A stretch of 63,593 nucleotides of DNA, filler included, from Craspedostauros australis (lineage: Eukaryota): NCBI GenBank assembly GCA_030167865.1. It is 15 parts of 15 records of this genome, joined end to end, with 100 filler letters (N's around TTAATTAATTAA, not from the genome) between each part and the next. Parts side by side here need not be neighbours in the genome. Positions count along the whole stretch, not along the records: positions 1 to 4,858 come from JALAGF010006511.1; positions 4,959 to 10,282 come from JALAGF010006513.1; positions 10,383 to 19,273 come from JALAGF010006514.1; 12 more parts are not named here. The stretch is one strand, 5' to 3'. Position numbers and translations under genes: made by a program. Shown here piece by piece: positions 1 to 10,942 of this stretch. How positions within the stretch are numbered: position 1 is the first letter of the stretch; each line of letters begins with the position of its first letter. The notes below the pieces were generated by a model, which had not been told where the DNA came from, ran no database searches, and saw only the letters and a program-made list of their open reading frames with translations.

Positions 1-439
1 GCTTGATGGTGGATCGGATACTGTCGTGGGCAGGTATTGTGAGAAGTAGTTGATTCGGTTGCTTGCACGTGATTGTTGGCTGTCATTGTTGTTGACGTCA
101 ATACTTTGTTGGCACCAGGCGGCATGTGAGTTGTTGTCGAGGTGCAGCCGATGGCCATCGCACATTGATGCTGACATCTCGAGAAGCAGAGTCCGCCATT
201 TGCTGCATTGCACAGCAATCACTTGCAATACACGGTGATGCAGAACACAAGGATTTCCGTGTTTGTCTCCGCGATCTGTTGGCTGGTGGGAGTATTCGCG
301 CGCTGTTCTCTCAACGCGAGTTGGTCTTGGGTCATGTTCCTCGGCTTCCTCAGACATTCCACAGAACACTCACTGNGATCGACATCATTCACGAACATCC
401 ATGCAAGGTGTCCGTAAGACAAATCGAGGCTTATGACAT

Positions 440-1141
440 GGATACATATTCAGTCCCTTTCCGCGCAAGCCATCCATTTGTTTGAAACATAGTTTATCAA
501 TGACACAGGAGCGTTCCGATCCATACAAGCCCTCCATTTGGTTCCGACGGCGTTCATGACAGGGACAGATTCGCTCTTGTCCGTACAAGCCCTCCATTTA
601 GTGGAAAGAGCGTTTATCAATGACACAGGAGCGTTCCGATTCATACAAGCCCTCCATTTGGTTCAAANNNNNNNNNNNNNNNNNNNNNNNNNNNNNNNNN
701 NNNNNNNNNNNNNNNNNNNNNNNNNNNNNNNNNNNNNNNNNNGCACAGATCTATCAATAGCACAGATCAGTTCTTATCCATACAAGCCCTCCATTTGGTT
801 GAAAAACATTCACTACCGGATAAGATTGTTTCTTATCCGTATAAGCCATCTGCTTGGTTCATAGAGCATTCACTACCGGATAAGATTATTTCTTATCTGT
901 ATAAGCCCTCTGCTTAGTTCATAGAGCATTCACTACCAGATAAGATTATTTCTTATCCGCATAAGCCATCTGCTTATGTTCATAGAGCATTCACTACCAG
1001 ATAAGATTATTTCTTATCCGCATAAGCCATCTGCTTATGTTCATAGAGCATTCACTNNNNGATAAGATTATTTCTTATCCGCATAAGCCATCTGCTTATG
1101 TTCATAGAGCATTCACTACCGGATAAGATTTGTTCTTATCA
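440..1141. repeat. 60-61 bp tandem minisatellite with dyad motifs
   Basis: CAAGCC(C/A)TCCATTT recurs at 466, 526, 586, 646 and 783. It grades into a unit with CACTAC at 811, 871, 931, 992, 1053 (partly N) and 1114. Later units contain GATAAGA-TTATT-TCTTATC and CATAAGC-CATCT-GCTTATG inverted repeats. Confidence 0.9.
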
Positions 1142-1715
1142 TGCTATTCATATGGATTAAACTGCGCCTATCACATAAACATAGGTGCAAATCTGCCCTT
1201 ATAAGCCCGCGTTAAAGCAATATTGGCGGCTATGGGCCAGAATCAGATGCATTTCTGGCCCTTATGCGCTAGCCATAAGGACACGATGAGTCTTATAACA
1301 TAGACACAATTTGGTATCGTCCTCACAGCAGTTATGCATAAGACGCAAATAGTGCTTTTGAAGCCGTCCATAAGGCCAAAAAAGCGCTTATAATTCTATC
1401 CATAGAGGTGTTTTCGACACTATGGAGCCATCATAAGACTGAATTGGATGTTACGACTAATTCGACTCAATATGAAGCGCTATGCCTATCCAATGTGACC
1501 AACATGCCGTATTCGTAAGGACAATACATTCCTTATCACACAGGCATCAATTTAAGTGCTTCATGACACCAATCCAAACNGTGAATATTGCCCTTATGGA
1601 GTGGTCATAACGCAATTTTCACCCTCAAAAAGTGATTCATAAGGCCAANTTAGCCCTTGTGANCCCGGCATAGACGTTAATTCATCCTTTCCCGCGCTCC
1701 ATACACTCAAATATT

Positions 1716-2720
1716 GCGTTATGATCGTAGGACCGATTATGCCTTCAACAGAAGCGCAAAAGTGCGTTATGATCGTAGGACCGATTATGCCTTTAACATA
1801 AGCGCAAAAGTGCATTTTGATCGTAGGACCGATTATGCCTTTACCAGAAGCGCAAAAGTGCGTTGTGATCGTAGGACCAAGTATGCCTTTACCAGAAGCG
1901 CNNNNNNNNNNNNNNNNNNNNNNNNNNNNNNNNNNNNNNNNNNNNNNNNNNATCATAAGACTGAATTGGATGTTACGACTACTTCGACTCAATATGAAGC
2001 GCTATGCCTATCCAATGTGACCAACACGCCGTATTCGTAAGGACAATACAGTCCTTATCACACAGGCATCAATTTAAGTGCTTCATGACACCAATCCAAA
2101 CGGTGAATATTGCCCTTATGGAGTGGTCATAACGCAATTTTCACCCTCAAAAAGTGATTCATAAGGCCAAATTAGCCCTTGTGAACCNNNNNNNNNNNNN
2201 NNNNNNNNNNNNNNNNNNNNNNNNNNNNNNNNNNNNNNNNNNNNNNNNNNNNNNNNNNNNNNNNNNNNNNNNNNNNNNNNNNNNNNNNNNNNNNNAGGAC
2301 CGATTATGCCTTTAACAGAAGCGCAAAAGTGCGTTATGATCGTAGGACCGATTATGCCTTTAACAGAAGCGCAAAAGTGCGTTATGATTGTAGGACCAAT
2401 CATGCCTTTAACAGAAGCGCAAAAGTGCGTTATGATCGTAGGACCAAGTATGCCTTTAACAGAAGCGCAAAAGTGCGTTATGATGGTAGGACCGATAATG
2501 CATTTAACAGAAGCGCAAAAGTGCGTTGTGATCATAGGACCAAGTATGCCTTTAACAGAAGCGCAAAAGTGCGTTGTCACCGTAGGACCAAGTATGCCTT
2601 TACCAGAAGCGCAAAAGTGCGTTGTGATCGTAGGACCGATTATGCCTTTAACAGAAGCGCAAAAAGTGNGTTGTCACCGTAGGACCAAGTACGCTTTCAA
2701 CGCAAGCGCAAAAAGTGCCT
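1716..2720. repeat. 39-bp tandem minisatellite (two blocks, 1716-1901 and 2296-2720)
   Basis: Unit GCGTTATGATCGTAGGACCGATTATGCCTTTAACAGAAGCGCAAAAGT-type repeated with point variants. The intervening 1951-2187 duplicates 1431-1666. Confidence 0.9.
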
Positions 2721-2870
2721 TGTGAACGAAGGACCGATGCTGTACCTACGCATTGTGGTTCCAAAGACGAACATTGGCCCTCCTTCGCGTTGTCGCCATC
2801 CCGCGAATGACTTTTCACGCTTGCAGCAACTTGGTTACGCCCCTTTGACATCGGCCATTATTACAGTTTG

Positions 2871-3582
2871 TGATAATCAGCAATTACACACAGGACAAGA
2901 GGGGAGCACCAAACACTGCACTTACTACGCCGCCAGGGTGATCAAGCCAAGAGGTGGAGTTGGTGTGTTTGGTGTTGTTGTTGTTTCTATTAGTTGGTGT
3001 GTCAATTGATGATTGAGTTTGGATTATGAGATGATGATCTCCTATTTCTAATGATGGTGCCTAATGCACGGTTGCTAACGTGCTGCTCGATTACCTCGTG
3101 GTTTNTCTCNCAGTCTTTCCTAAAACATTGCCCAAGATGGCATGTTGATTTACACGATATCCCGTGTTATTCTCGCCCTTGGGTCTTTCTTCATCTCTCC
3201 TGGTCTTGCCTAATCTTGATCTCTGTTTGATCATATATGGATTGATCCGTCTACATTGGCGGAGTGCATGCATCACCCCTGACGATGTTGTTCTGAATCC
3301 TAAATGTTGTTGCCACGTGCTTGATGATGCACTCGGCTAGGCTAGACAGGTCAGCATACCATGACTAAAATATAATCTCGATTCCGAGGATCACAATGAC
3401 CGATCCTCTGACGTCATACGATGATGTCAGTGCCTACGTCATGTTCGATGACCGTAGTGACCGAATATCAATCGTGTATCAAGACTCACTCGACTATACT
3501 CTCATATCGAGTCGAATCAAAAATAGTGAATCACGTTTCAGTCATGGGAGATGGGTACCTAATTTCGATCTAGATGTTGATA
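2871..3582 (-). mobile_element. 3' LTR (family C) of a CoDi-type Ty1/copia element
   Basis: On the minus strand it follows the pol stop (3607) and the polypurine tract ATAGGGGAG (3583-3591). It starts TATCA and ends TTATCA. A second copy lies at 24402-25056. Confidence 0.75.
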
Positions 3583-3606
3583 CTCCCCTATAGTCGGGAG
3601 TCTTGT

Positions 3607-4858
3607 TCATCCACCCAGAGTTTCTCCTTTCCAGAATAGAAGCGGCCTCACTAACGGCCAGTACTTCGCCCATGGAAGGAACTTGGTCATGACGTCGGCG
3701 ACGTTTTCCGTTCCGTCTATCTTGCAGAAATGCAGGATCTTTGCAGCTACTGCGGCACGCACGCGGTGGTACGCCAATGCGTTGTGTCGTTTGGACAACA
3801 CACTGTTGGGAATGGTGGAGGATGTGATCACGCTCTGGTTGTCTCCGAACATCCANNNNNNNNNNTCCAGTGGAATCCCCATTGCACGAAGAGTGAGGCG
3901 CATCGCAATCACTTGCTCTGTTGCCTGTCTTGCCGCGACGAATTCCGATCCGTAGGTTGCAGTCTCTACGGTGGTCTGGCGCTTGCTGAACCATTCGATG
4001 GGTGTCTGGTTGAGCAGATGGAGAACACCAGTTGCAGACTTGCCTGTCACTTTGCAGTGCATGAGGTTGGCATCTACAAACGTCGTCATACGAACTGCCT
4101 TGCCCTTGGGTGTTGGGTCGTCGTCCGCGGTTTCCTCTTCGGCATCACCATACACAGAGTACATCCATTCATGGTCAGGAACCTTGAAGAAGCGCTCGTG
4201 ATCTGGAATCCCCGTTCTGAACCTGATNGCGGCGTCAGAACGCTTTCGGAGGTATCCATACACACGTTTAGCNCGGTCCATGTGACCAATCCTGGGTTGN
4301 GCTCTGAATCTAGACAAAGTCATCACAGCTGCAGCAATATCAAACCGTCCCAATGTGATGCACCATTGAAGGGCGCCGATGAGTGATTGGAATTGTCTGG
4401 TCTCTACAGGATTTAGTTCGCGTGATGTGTCTAGTTCGGGGGCGTCGTTGTGTTCCATGGGACTGGTGTAGGTCCGAGGAAGCTCCCCATGCACCTGTTC
4501 GTAATTCGCCAGCATCCGTTTGATGTAGGATTGCGGGCTCATAGTCAGGGTTCCGTCTTTGTCNNNNNNNNNNNNNNNNNNNNNNNNNNNNNNNNNNNNN
4601 NNNNNNNNNNNNNNNNNNNNNNNNNNNNNNNNNNNNNNNNNNNNNNNNNNNNNNNNNNNNNNNNNNNNNNNNNNNNNNNNNNNNNNNNNNNNNNNNNNNN
4701 NNNATTCCCAGCATCTACCAGCATCCCTCATCCACACATCCGGGTCAGCTTTGCACTGAAAGAACTTCATGTCACGGAGTGTGTCGGCCAGAGACTCGTG
4801 GAATCGAGCACCAGACGTGCGTAGTCCGTAGAGCGCTTTCACAATGATCATCATGTGA
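3607..4858 (-). mobile_element. CoDi-type Ty1/copia pol fragment (RT C-terminus + RNase H)
   Basis: Motifs KALYGLRTSGA, ADPDVWMR, FVDANLMHCKVTGKS, VETATYGSEFVAAR, FGDNQSV, NVADVMTK and terminal PLLFWKGET. 5'-truncated by the scaffold end. Confidence 0.93.
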
Positions 4859-4958
4859 NNNNNNNNNNNNNNNNNNNNNNNNNNNNNNNNNNNNNNNNNN
4901 NNTTAATTAATTAANNNNNNNNNNNNNNNNNNNNNNNNNNNNNNNNNNNNNNNNNNNN
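4859..4958. other. Artificial scaffold-joining linker N44-TTAATTAATTAA-N44 (first of 14)
   Basis: Identical 12-mer with stops in all six frames at 4903, 10327, 19318, 21787, 25101, 27981, 35831, 40536, 42415, 45902, 50281, 54992, 58587 and 60641, always embedded in N runs. Confidence 0.98.
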
Positions 4959-6134
4959 AAAAAGAGACTAAACAATTCAAAATCGGAACAACCTTGCTGA
5001 AACGAAGAACAGCAAAGGGTTAAATTGAATCGATGTAGTCGGCTGTCAAAGGCTGAGTCCCTAAAGCAGTCTAAAAATTAGCACCTTGATGGGCCCATAA
5101 AACTTAAACTAAGGTCTAACCGGAAAGTAATTTGAATCAGTATTTGGTTTTAGAATATGGGGATTATGAATATGTGATTTGTTTGGATATCCGAGGAAAA
5201 AGATGTTGAGTCCCAGGACAAAGTGCAGGTCGACTCACTCGGGGGGCTCTTAGAACTTATTTTAAGTTTTATGGGCAGTCCAATGTATTCTAAAGTCGTA
5301 TGGGTCGAACCCCATAATAATTTTTGTTGTTTCGTGGAAAGTTCTATGATATTCCGCATATTTATCGGAAGGTATCCAGTCACAGAAGCGATGCCCAAAA
5401 TGTCGTTCGGTTGGTAGGCGTTAAATACAAGTCAGGAATCGAGGGCACGACTTTTCAAGGTATAAGTTATTGCCGCACCTACCAATACATCAATCACGAC
5501 TGAGTAAAATCGAGTCTTGTTGAACACACTCGTGACCCGTTGCAAACGTGCCCGCTCTCAGTCGTACCAAGAAGGTAGCCTGTCCTCCTTTGGTCTGAGA
5601 ACAATGACTATGTAACACAGCAGGTCCTGATGCGAACCGACAAAACTACAACCTAGTCGGTGAGGTCTGACCAGAAGGGGCGCAGGGGCAGTGGGCAGGA
5701 GTCGTATCCCACCTGAAGAAACAGAAACTAACATATAGTGCTCCTGACGGACAAGATCAATCATATGCTTGTACTGCCGATAAGAAAACCTCAGAAAGAG
5801 GAACCAAACTGATCAATCGTAAGAACAGGATGAAGATGCAACAAACAAAAAGGTGGATTGCCAAGTGACACGATGGTCGCGCAAGGCGACAAGAGACAAT
5901 CAACCCATGCACAAAATACTGTGGAATCAAGGATGGCACAGGATCAAGACAAAACCTGTGACAAGATGATTGCATGACTACGGAACGTACTGCAGGAATG
6001 TAGACGAAAGTGAGTGTGCAAAAATGCATGATGAGATGCCATGATGAGGGCATCATGAGATACACACAACAATGTATGAGGCAAAGAATGATGGCAACAG
6101 GAGATGGCAACCATGAATACAGTGGTGTTGCATG

Positions 6135-6936
6135 TGTCGAGATTTATATGCGTGTATATGTCAAGATGTACGTGTATATGTGCATCGTTCACCCGTTATT
6201 CTCTCATACGTACTTGGACGGTACAACTACACTAGTGTAGATAGTATGATGTGATTTGTCAGAATCACAGTGAAAATGGAAACACACGAAAATGAGCAGG
6301 ATTTCTGGAGGAAATTTGGAATCAACGATTTCTGAGAGAATCCGGAATATCGTCCGTCCAACCATCAATGGAAACGTATGGAATCGAGCGAAGCTCGAGG
6401 TGCCTCCCAACTAAACCCCAGATGACGATATCATCTGACAGACCATCGCATCATTGATGGAACGTGACATCTGGAGAGCAGAAGGATGACAGCTGACGTT
6501 GACAAGATGTCATCATGTCACCACGTCGACATCTGTCTCCATGTCAGAAGCAGAAGGTAAAGATTCGATGACTGAAGGGCATCGAGATCATGGATGCATG
6601 AAGAGGAGTTCAAGTGGAAAGTACTCAGGGAGTAGGAACCAGTAGTGAACAAACAGAGTATCAAATGTGGAGTACGCATCAAAATGGAGTATCATGTAAC
6701 ATGAACATGCAACATTGAGGAGAGAGAGAATACGAATAGCAGCGAGAGAGCATCTTGCATACCAACTCATAGTCGGAGACCTAATCTACAAGACAGACAG
6801 ACGCGCTGAGAGCATCGGGCAAGAGAACGGACACTGAGAGAATCCGAGTGCCAACAAAATGAAACAGCAAACAGATCGACTATCAACAACACCGTCTTCC
6901 ACGATCGTAGGCATCCAATCATGGAACTTGCCAACA
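6135..6936. mobile_element. Solo LTR, family A (~800 bp, TGTCGAGAT...CTTGCCAACA)
   Basis: TG..CA ends. Homologous to 14431-15221, 34403-35213, 35214-35786, 55048-55553 and 19862-19910. Flanks TGCATG / AGCATC look like a degraded 6-bp TSD. Confidence 0.85.
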
Positions 6937-6989
6937 AGCATCACAAAGAGATGCAGTGGAAGCTCGAATGAACAAAAGATTTGCAAATG

Positions 6990-7210
6990 TGGTGGAATAT
7001 AGTACTAGAGCTCTATCGTAAAATCACAAGGGGTGAGCAAAAGCAAAGTACCATGCCAGGATTCGAACCCGGAACCTCAGTTAGAATTACTGGTGCTCTA
7101 CCATTGAGCTACAGGCGATGCGATTGCTGAACCGAACACAAGTGAAATTTACAGATAGTGGGGGCTACGGGAGTAACGTACTTAGCACTATTCGGTTTTG
7201 TGCTGATACA
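6990..7210 (-). mobile_element. Short LTR-like element (family T) carrying a tRNA-like cassette
   Basis: Reverse-complement homolog of 16057-16275. Ends ...GTGCTGATACA exactly as the partial copy at 19374-19458 does, with unrelated flanks. Confidence 0.8.
7048..7118 (-). tRNA. tRNA-like (pseudo-tRNA, TTC at the anticodon position) inside family T element
   Basis: Minus strand reads GCCTGTAGCTCAATGGTAGAGCACCAGTAATTCTAACTGAGGTTCCGGGTTCGAATCCTGGCATGGT. A box, D arm, B box and T arm are present. The acceptor stem is bulged and the anticodon loop lacks U33. Confidence 0.7.
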
Positions 7211-7499
7211 TAGTCGCAGTGGGAGACAAGTCAAAAGCAAACGCAAACGCATCCACTGAGAAAAAACTGTAACTTGGATGAGACCAAGCTTGTTGGACAG
7301 TAGACACACAGTAGCATGGTTTTGTTGACGCAGCAGGAGACGAAACCAGAACAAGCAAGTACTGTGATGCACGTGGAGGTCCGCCAATGCCCGGAACAGG
7401 CGCACATGGAAGAACGGAGCAAATGACACCAGCCACAACACGATGAATTGTTGTGACACTCATAATTTGTGTCGTGCATACGTGTTCGAGGAAGTCAAA

Positions 7500-7639
7500 C
7501 GCAAAAAATAATGTCCTCAGGAGGACAGATAAGTTTTCTGTCCTCCTCAGGACAGTTGTGGGAAAAACATTGACAGGAAGCGATAAATGTCCTCCTCAGG
7601 ACATTTACGAAAACGCCCACACAAACTTTTCCTTACGGA
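7500..7639. mobile_element. Right end of a TA-flanked MITE-like DNA transposon
   Basis: Three imperfect palindromes TGTCCTC(A/C)(G/T)..AGGACA (7512, 7539, 7588), ending TTTTCCTTACGGA followed by TA. Left boundary not found. Confidence 0.55.
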
Positions 7640-7641
7640 TA

Positions 7642-8390
7642 TCCCTAATGACGTTTTGCTTGCGTCCGGACACTTTCTCTACGTAGCATGCGTCCCGACG
7701 CAAATTGGGCCAATTTGCGTCCGGACGCAAATGTAAGGTCGCCGAAAATACCACTTGTACTACTTAAGTCCCNNNNNNNNNNNNNNNNNNNNNNNNNNNN
7801 NNNNNNNNNNNNNNNNNNNNNNNNNNNNNNNNNNNNNNNNNNNNNNNNNNNNNNNNNNNNNNNNNNNNNNNNNNNNNNNNNNNNNNNNNNNNNNNNNNNN
7901 NNNNNNNNNNNNNNNNNNNNNNNNNNNNNNNNNNNNNNNNNNNAGCACGGCGTCATTGGTCATGTCTCAGGGGTTCCTTTCCGTGCGCCTGTCTTGCTTT
8001 TCTGACGTCATGGGATCTGAGGTAATGGTTTTTTAATTTTTGATTTCGATGTCATCCACCACGCTCCTGACAACAACACCAAAATCCTGGCAAGGGTGTA
8101 ACACAACAAGGAGGGTGGAGCACGAATCATGATTATTGTTTGTTCAATTACCGCAACTGCAGCGATTATTATCGATGTAAGACATGAGTCATGTCGTGAG
8201 TCGAGATGGCCAGCGAAAAAGGGTTTAAAAAAAAACGGCTTCTCGTAAAGCGTATTTGGGCTAGTCCTTTGAGTCGCCGATTGCGTCCGGACGCAAATTG
8301 GCCCAATTTGCGTGGGGACGCAAACTGCACCTCCAATTTGCGTCCGGACGCAAGGTACGTAGGCCAGTACCAGGCCAAAATCATTACGGA
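7642..8390. mobile_element. MITE with TIR TCC(C/G)TAATGA and TA target duplication (Tc1/mariner-like)
   Basis: TA|TCCCTAATGA at 7640-7651 and TCATTACGGA|TA at 8381-8392. Subterminal block 7689-7729 is the near-exact reverse complement of 8282-8322. Repeated palindrome TTGCGTCCGGACGCAA. Confidence 0.8.
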
Positions 8391-8392
8391 TA

Positions 8393-8535
8393 TAGTTCCT
8401 GGGGTGCATTGATCTCGGTGACTCAAGTGAGTTTTGAGTCAGCAGTGATTCATGAGTAAGAGCGGGAGAAGGAGGGAAAATAGGGGTTTTCCATATTGGT
8501 AGGCGACAGGTTTCGCGCCAAAATTGACGCGCAAC
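8393..8535. mobile_element. Terminal segment of a dispersed repeat (family Z) with an E2F-like site
   Basis: Its reverse complement aligns by eye with 63204-63350 (TTTTGGCGCGAAA...TTTTCCCTCCTTCTCCC...CATGAATCAC..CTGACTCAAA...GGAACTAT). Homology ends at a TA dinucleotide. Confidence 0.6.
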
Positions 8536-8928
8536 AACAATGTCATGGTGCGACATGGAATACACTAAGTGGAAAGTAGTCTGTCCTTTAGATGAACTTC
8601 AACTGTTTATGTCTAATCAAGTACCTAGTCTTGCCAATTCCGACATCAAGAGTCAGCTTTTCTCCTTTTCCGACAACTCCATGGCGACCAGCCACCATCA
8701 TACAATGTTCTCACAGGAAGAGAGACGATTAGTCGTACGCACCCGTCGACAAAGTGCACAGTGCGTCTGTTTTATGGGAAAAGCTCAACAGATGCAAACG
8801 CTAACCAGCGGGCCATCCACCATACTTCGACCTTGCACAACTTTCGGGCGCTCATCTCAATCACATAAAAAGCAATTTCAAGCACAACAACAACTCACAA
8901 CACAACAACATCAGATTGAACGCAAATC

Positions 8929-9885
8929 ATGACATCTATCGACGCAAGCAATACGAGCCTCGGCGAGGTCACCGCATTCCCCAACACAGGATCAGTTACC
9001 ACCAACTTCGAGGTGTTTGTCTGCAAGCAGGCATTCAAGTTCAACGCTGCCCACTTCGTTGCCTTCAGGGGATTCCGCGAGGCCTTGCACGGTCACAACT
9101 ACGCCGTCTCCGTGCGACTCCTGGGAGCACGGAATATCTCCCATGACGGATATTTGATCGATTTCGGCGATGTCAAGCAATCCGTCAAGCGCATCTGCAA
9201 GAGATTGAACGAGAATTTTCTCTGCCCCATGTACTCTGACGTCATGAAAGTCAACGTGGATGAAGGAGTTGATGGCGGGCATGCCACCGTCTCGCTAGAG
9301 TGCGAAGATGGTGCCAAGTTCCTCTTCCCCAAGGCCGATTGCGCCATGTTGCCGATCGTTCATGCCACGACCGAAGAACTATCCATCTATCTTTGGAGCG
9401 AGCTCTTGGCCGACATGGACCATAAGTACCTTCTGCAACGCGGACTTCATACCATGGAAGTCAGCGTGGCGGAAGCGCCCGGTCAAGAATCCGTCTTTCG
9501 TTTGGGCTTGCCAAAGACTCTCGATCATGGACGCGTCACGTTGGACGTTCGAACCTTCATCCAGCAGGGCAAGATCGTTCCAAAGCCGTGCGAGGTGGAA
9601 CCGTCGTCTACACCCAAGGTCGGTGCTGTCACCGTTGAAAAGGTGGACGAGAAGAAAGAAGAACCAGAGGCCGTGCCATCGCCAATGTCGACGGTGAAGA
9701 CATGCGAAGGTGGCGATGGTTGTGTCTCGTGCAAGATCTCATTCTCAAAGCAGCTCGAGAAGCTCGTGCTTGCGATTAACACCAACCAGCTGTGCCTGCC
9801 AACATCCGACAACGCCAAGGCCGTATCCATCGAGGATCTTCAAACAGCAATCGAGAAGCAGAACAACTCGATCATGAGTCAGTAG
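8929..9885 (+). CDS. 6-pyruvoyl-tetrahydropterin synthase family protein (PTPS-III type) with C-terminal extension
   Basis: Intact 318-aa ORF. Motifs FKFNAAHF, REALHGHNY, GYLIDFGDVK, TTEELS and final VAEAPGQ match the T-fold PTPS/QueD family. Confidence 0.9.
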   Translation: MTSIDASNTSLGEVTAFPNTGSVTTNFEVFVCKQAFKFNAAHFVAFRGFREALHGHNYAVSVRLLGARNISHDGYLIDFGDVKQSVKRICKRLNENFLCPMYSDVMKVNVDEGVDGGHATVSLECEDGAKFLFPKADCAMLPIVHATTEELSIYLWSELLADMDHKYLLQRGLHTMEVSVAEAPGQESVFRLGLPKTLDHGRVTLDVRTFIQQGKIVPKPCEVEPSSTPKVGAVTVEKVDEKKEEPEAVPSPMSTVKTCEGGDGCVSCKISFSKQLEKLVLAINTNQLCLPTSDNAKAVSIEDLQTAIEKQNNSIMSQ

Positions 9886-10799
9886 GGCTCCTGAATTGGG
9901 ATTGACAGCATGATGATGATGATGATGGCCATGCTGCGCGGGAAGAACGCCTGTGGAGTGCAGCCTTGGTCACTCATGAATACCACATAGGTACATGTCC
10001 ACATCAGTGAATAAATGAGAAGTTTATGAAATCGGTGTAGAGTAGGCTAGCTCGCGCAAACGAGTACTATGGTGTTGTAGATAGGTTTCGTTGGCTGGGG
10101 ACCTCAGCGACAGGGAGGCAAGGGACTGCCTACCAGCGCAACAATGGCGCTGTGCTCGGTGCGAAACTGTCATGGGTCGATGTCCTCATCTCCACGTTCA
10201 TCAACACAAACAAAGAAACAAACAAACAAGTCCGAACCGAAAACATGAAAGGCCGCCAAACGCCCTCCCGACATGTATCGAANNNNNNNNNNNNNNNNNN
10301 NNNNNNNNNNNNNNNNNNNNNNNNNNTTAATTAATTAANNNNNNNNNNNNNNNNNNNNNNNNNNNNNNNNNNNNNNNNNNNNGCAAATGGATGTGCCCTT
10401 CCAACAGAGCAGGAGCAATAATGGTCTACAAAGCAAGCAACTGGAGAGGTCGGTTTGCAAGATGAAGGGATACAACAGAACTGGAGACGAAGATGCTTGA
10501 CTCTTGCCTGCTCGATCCCATAGCAAGCAAGTACAGCAACAGTTAGACAACACCATGCATATATTATGCAAGATCTATGTCATTCATATGCTCTGCAGTG
10601 AGTTGTTTAGTCAGATATGCAACAAAGCCAACATATCACTGCTGATGGTCAAAAAGCACGGGAAAAGTACNCAGTATTTCTCTTGTTGGTCNTGNAAGCA
10701 CAGGAGACAATTGAGGTTTTGGGTGTTGTTGTTTTTNGTTTTACTCGATTGAGTCNGCTGTCTTTCGGTTCCGTGTTAATTTACCACACTAATTTTGAG

Positions 10800-10902
10800 T
10801 TTGTCTCCTGAGACAACATTCTTGGTCCACATCCGGGTGCCTTGTCTCAGGAGACAAAAAGGCCCAATTTTGTCTCCTGAGACATGAAAATTTCCTCATG
10901 GA
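10800..10902. mobile_element. Right end of a MITE-like element related to 7500-7639
   Basis: Three TGTCTC(C/A)(T/G)GAGACA palindromes, then TTTCCTCATGGA followed by TA, paralleling TTTCCTTACGGA|TA at 7639. Confidence 0.5.
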
Positions 10903-10942
10903 TATAGATCTTCCGACTCCTGGTGTGAACTACTCTGCAAAT

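Noticed and set aside
440..2720. CRISPR-like array
   Set aside because: Units are contiguous tandem repeats without unique spacers, there are no cas genes, and the context is eukaryotic.
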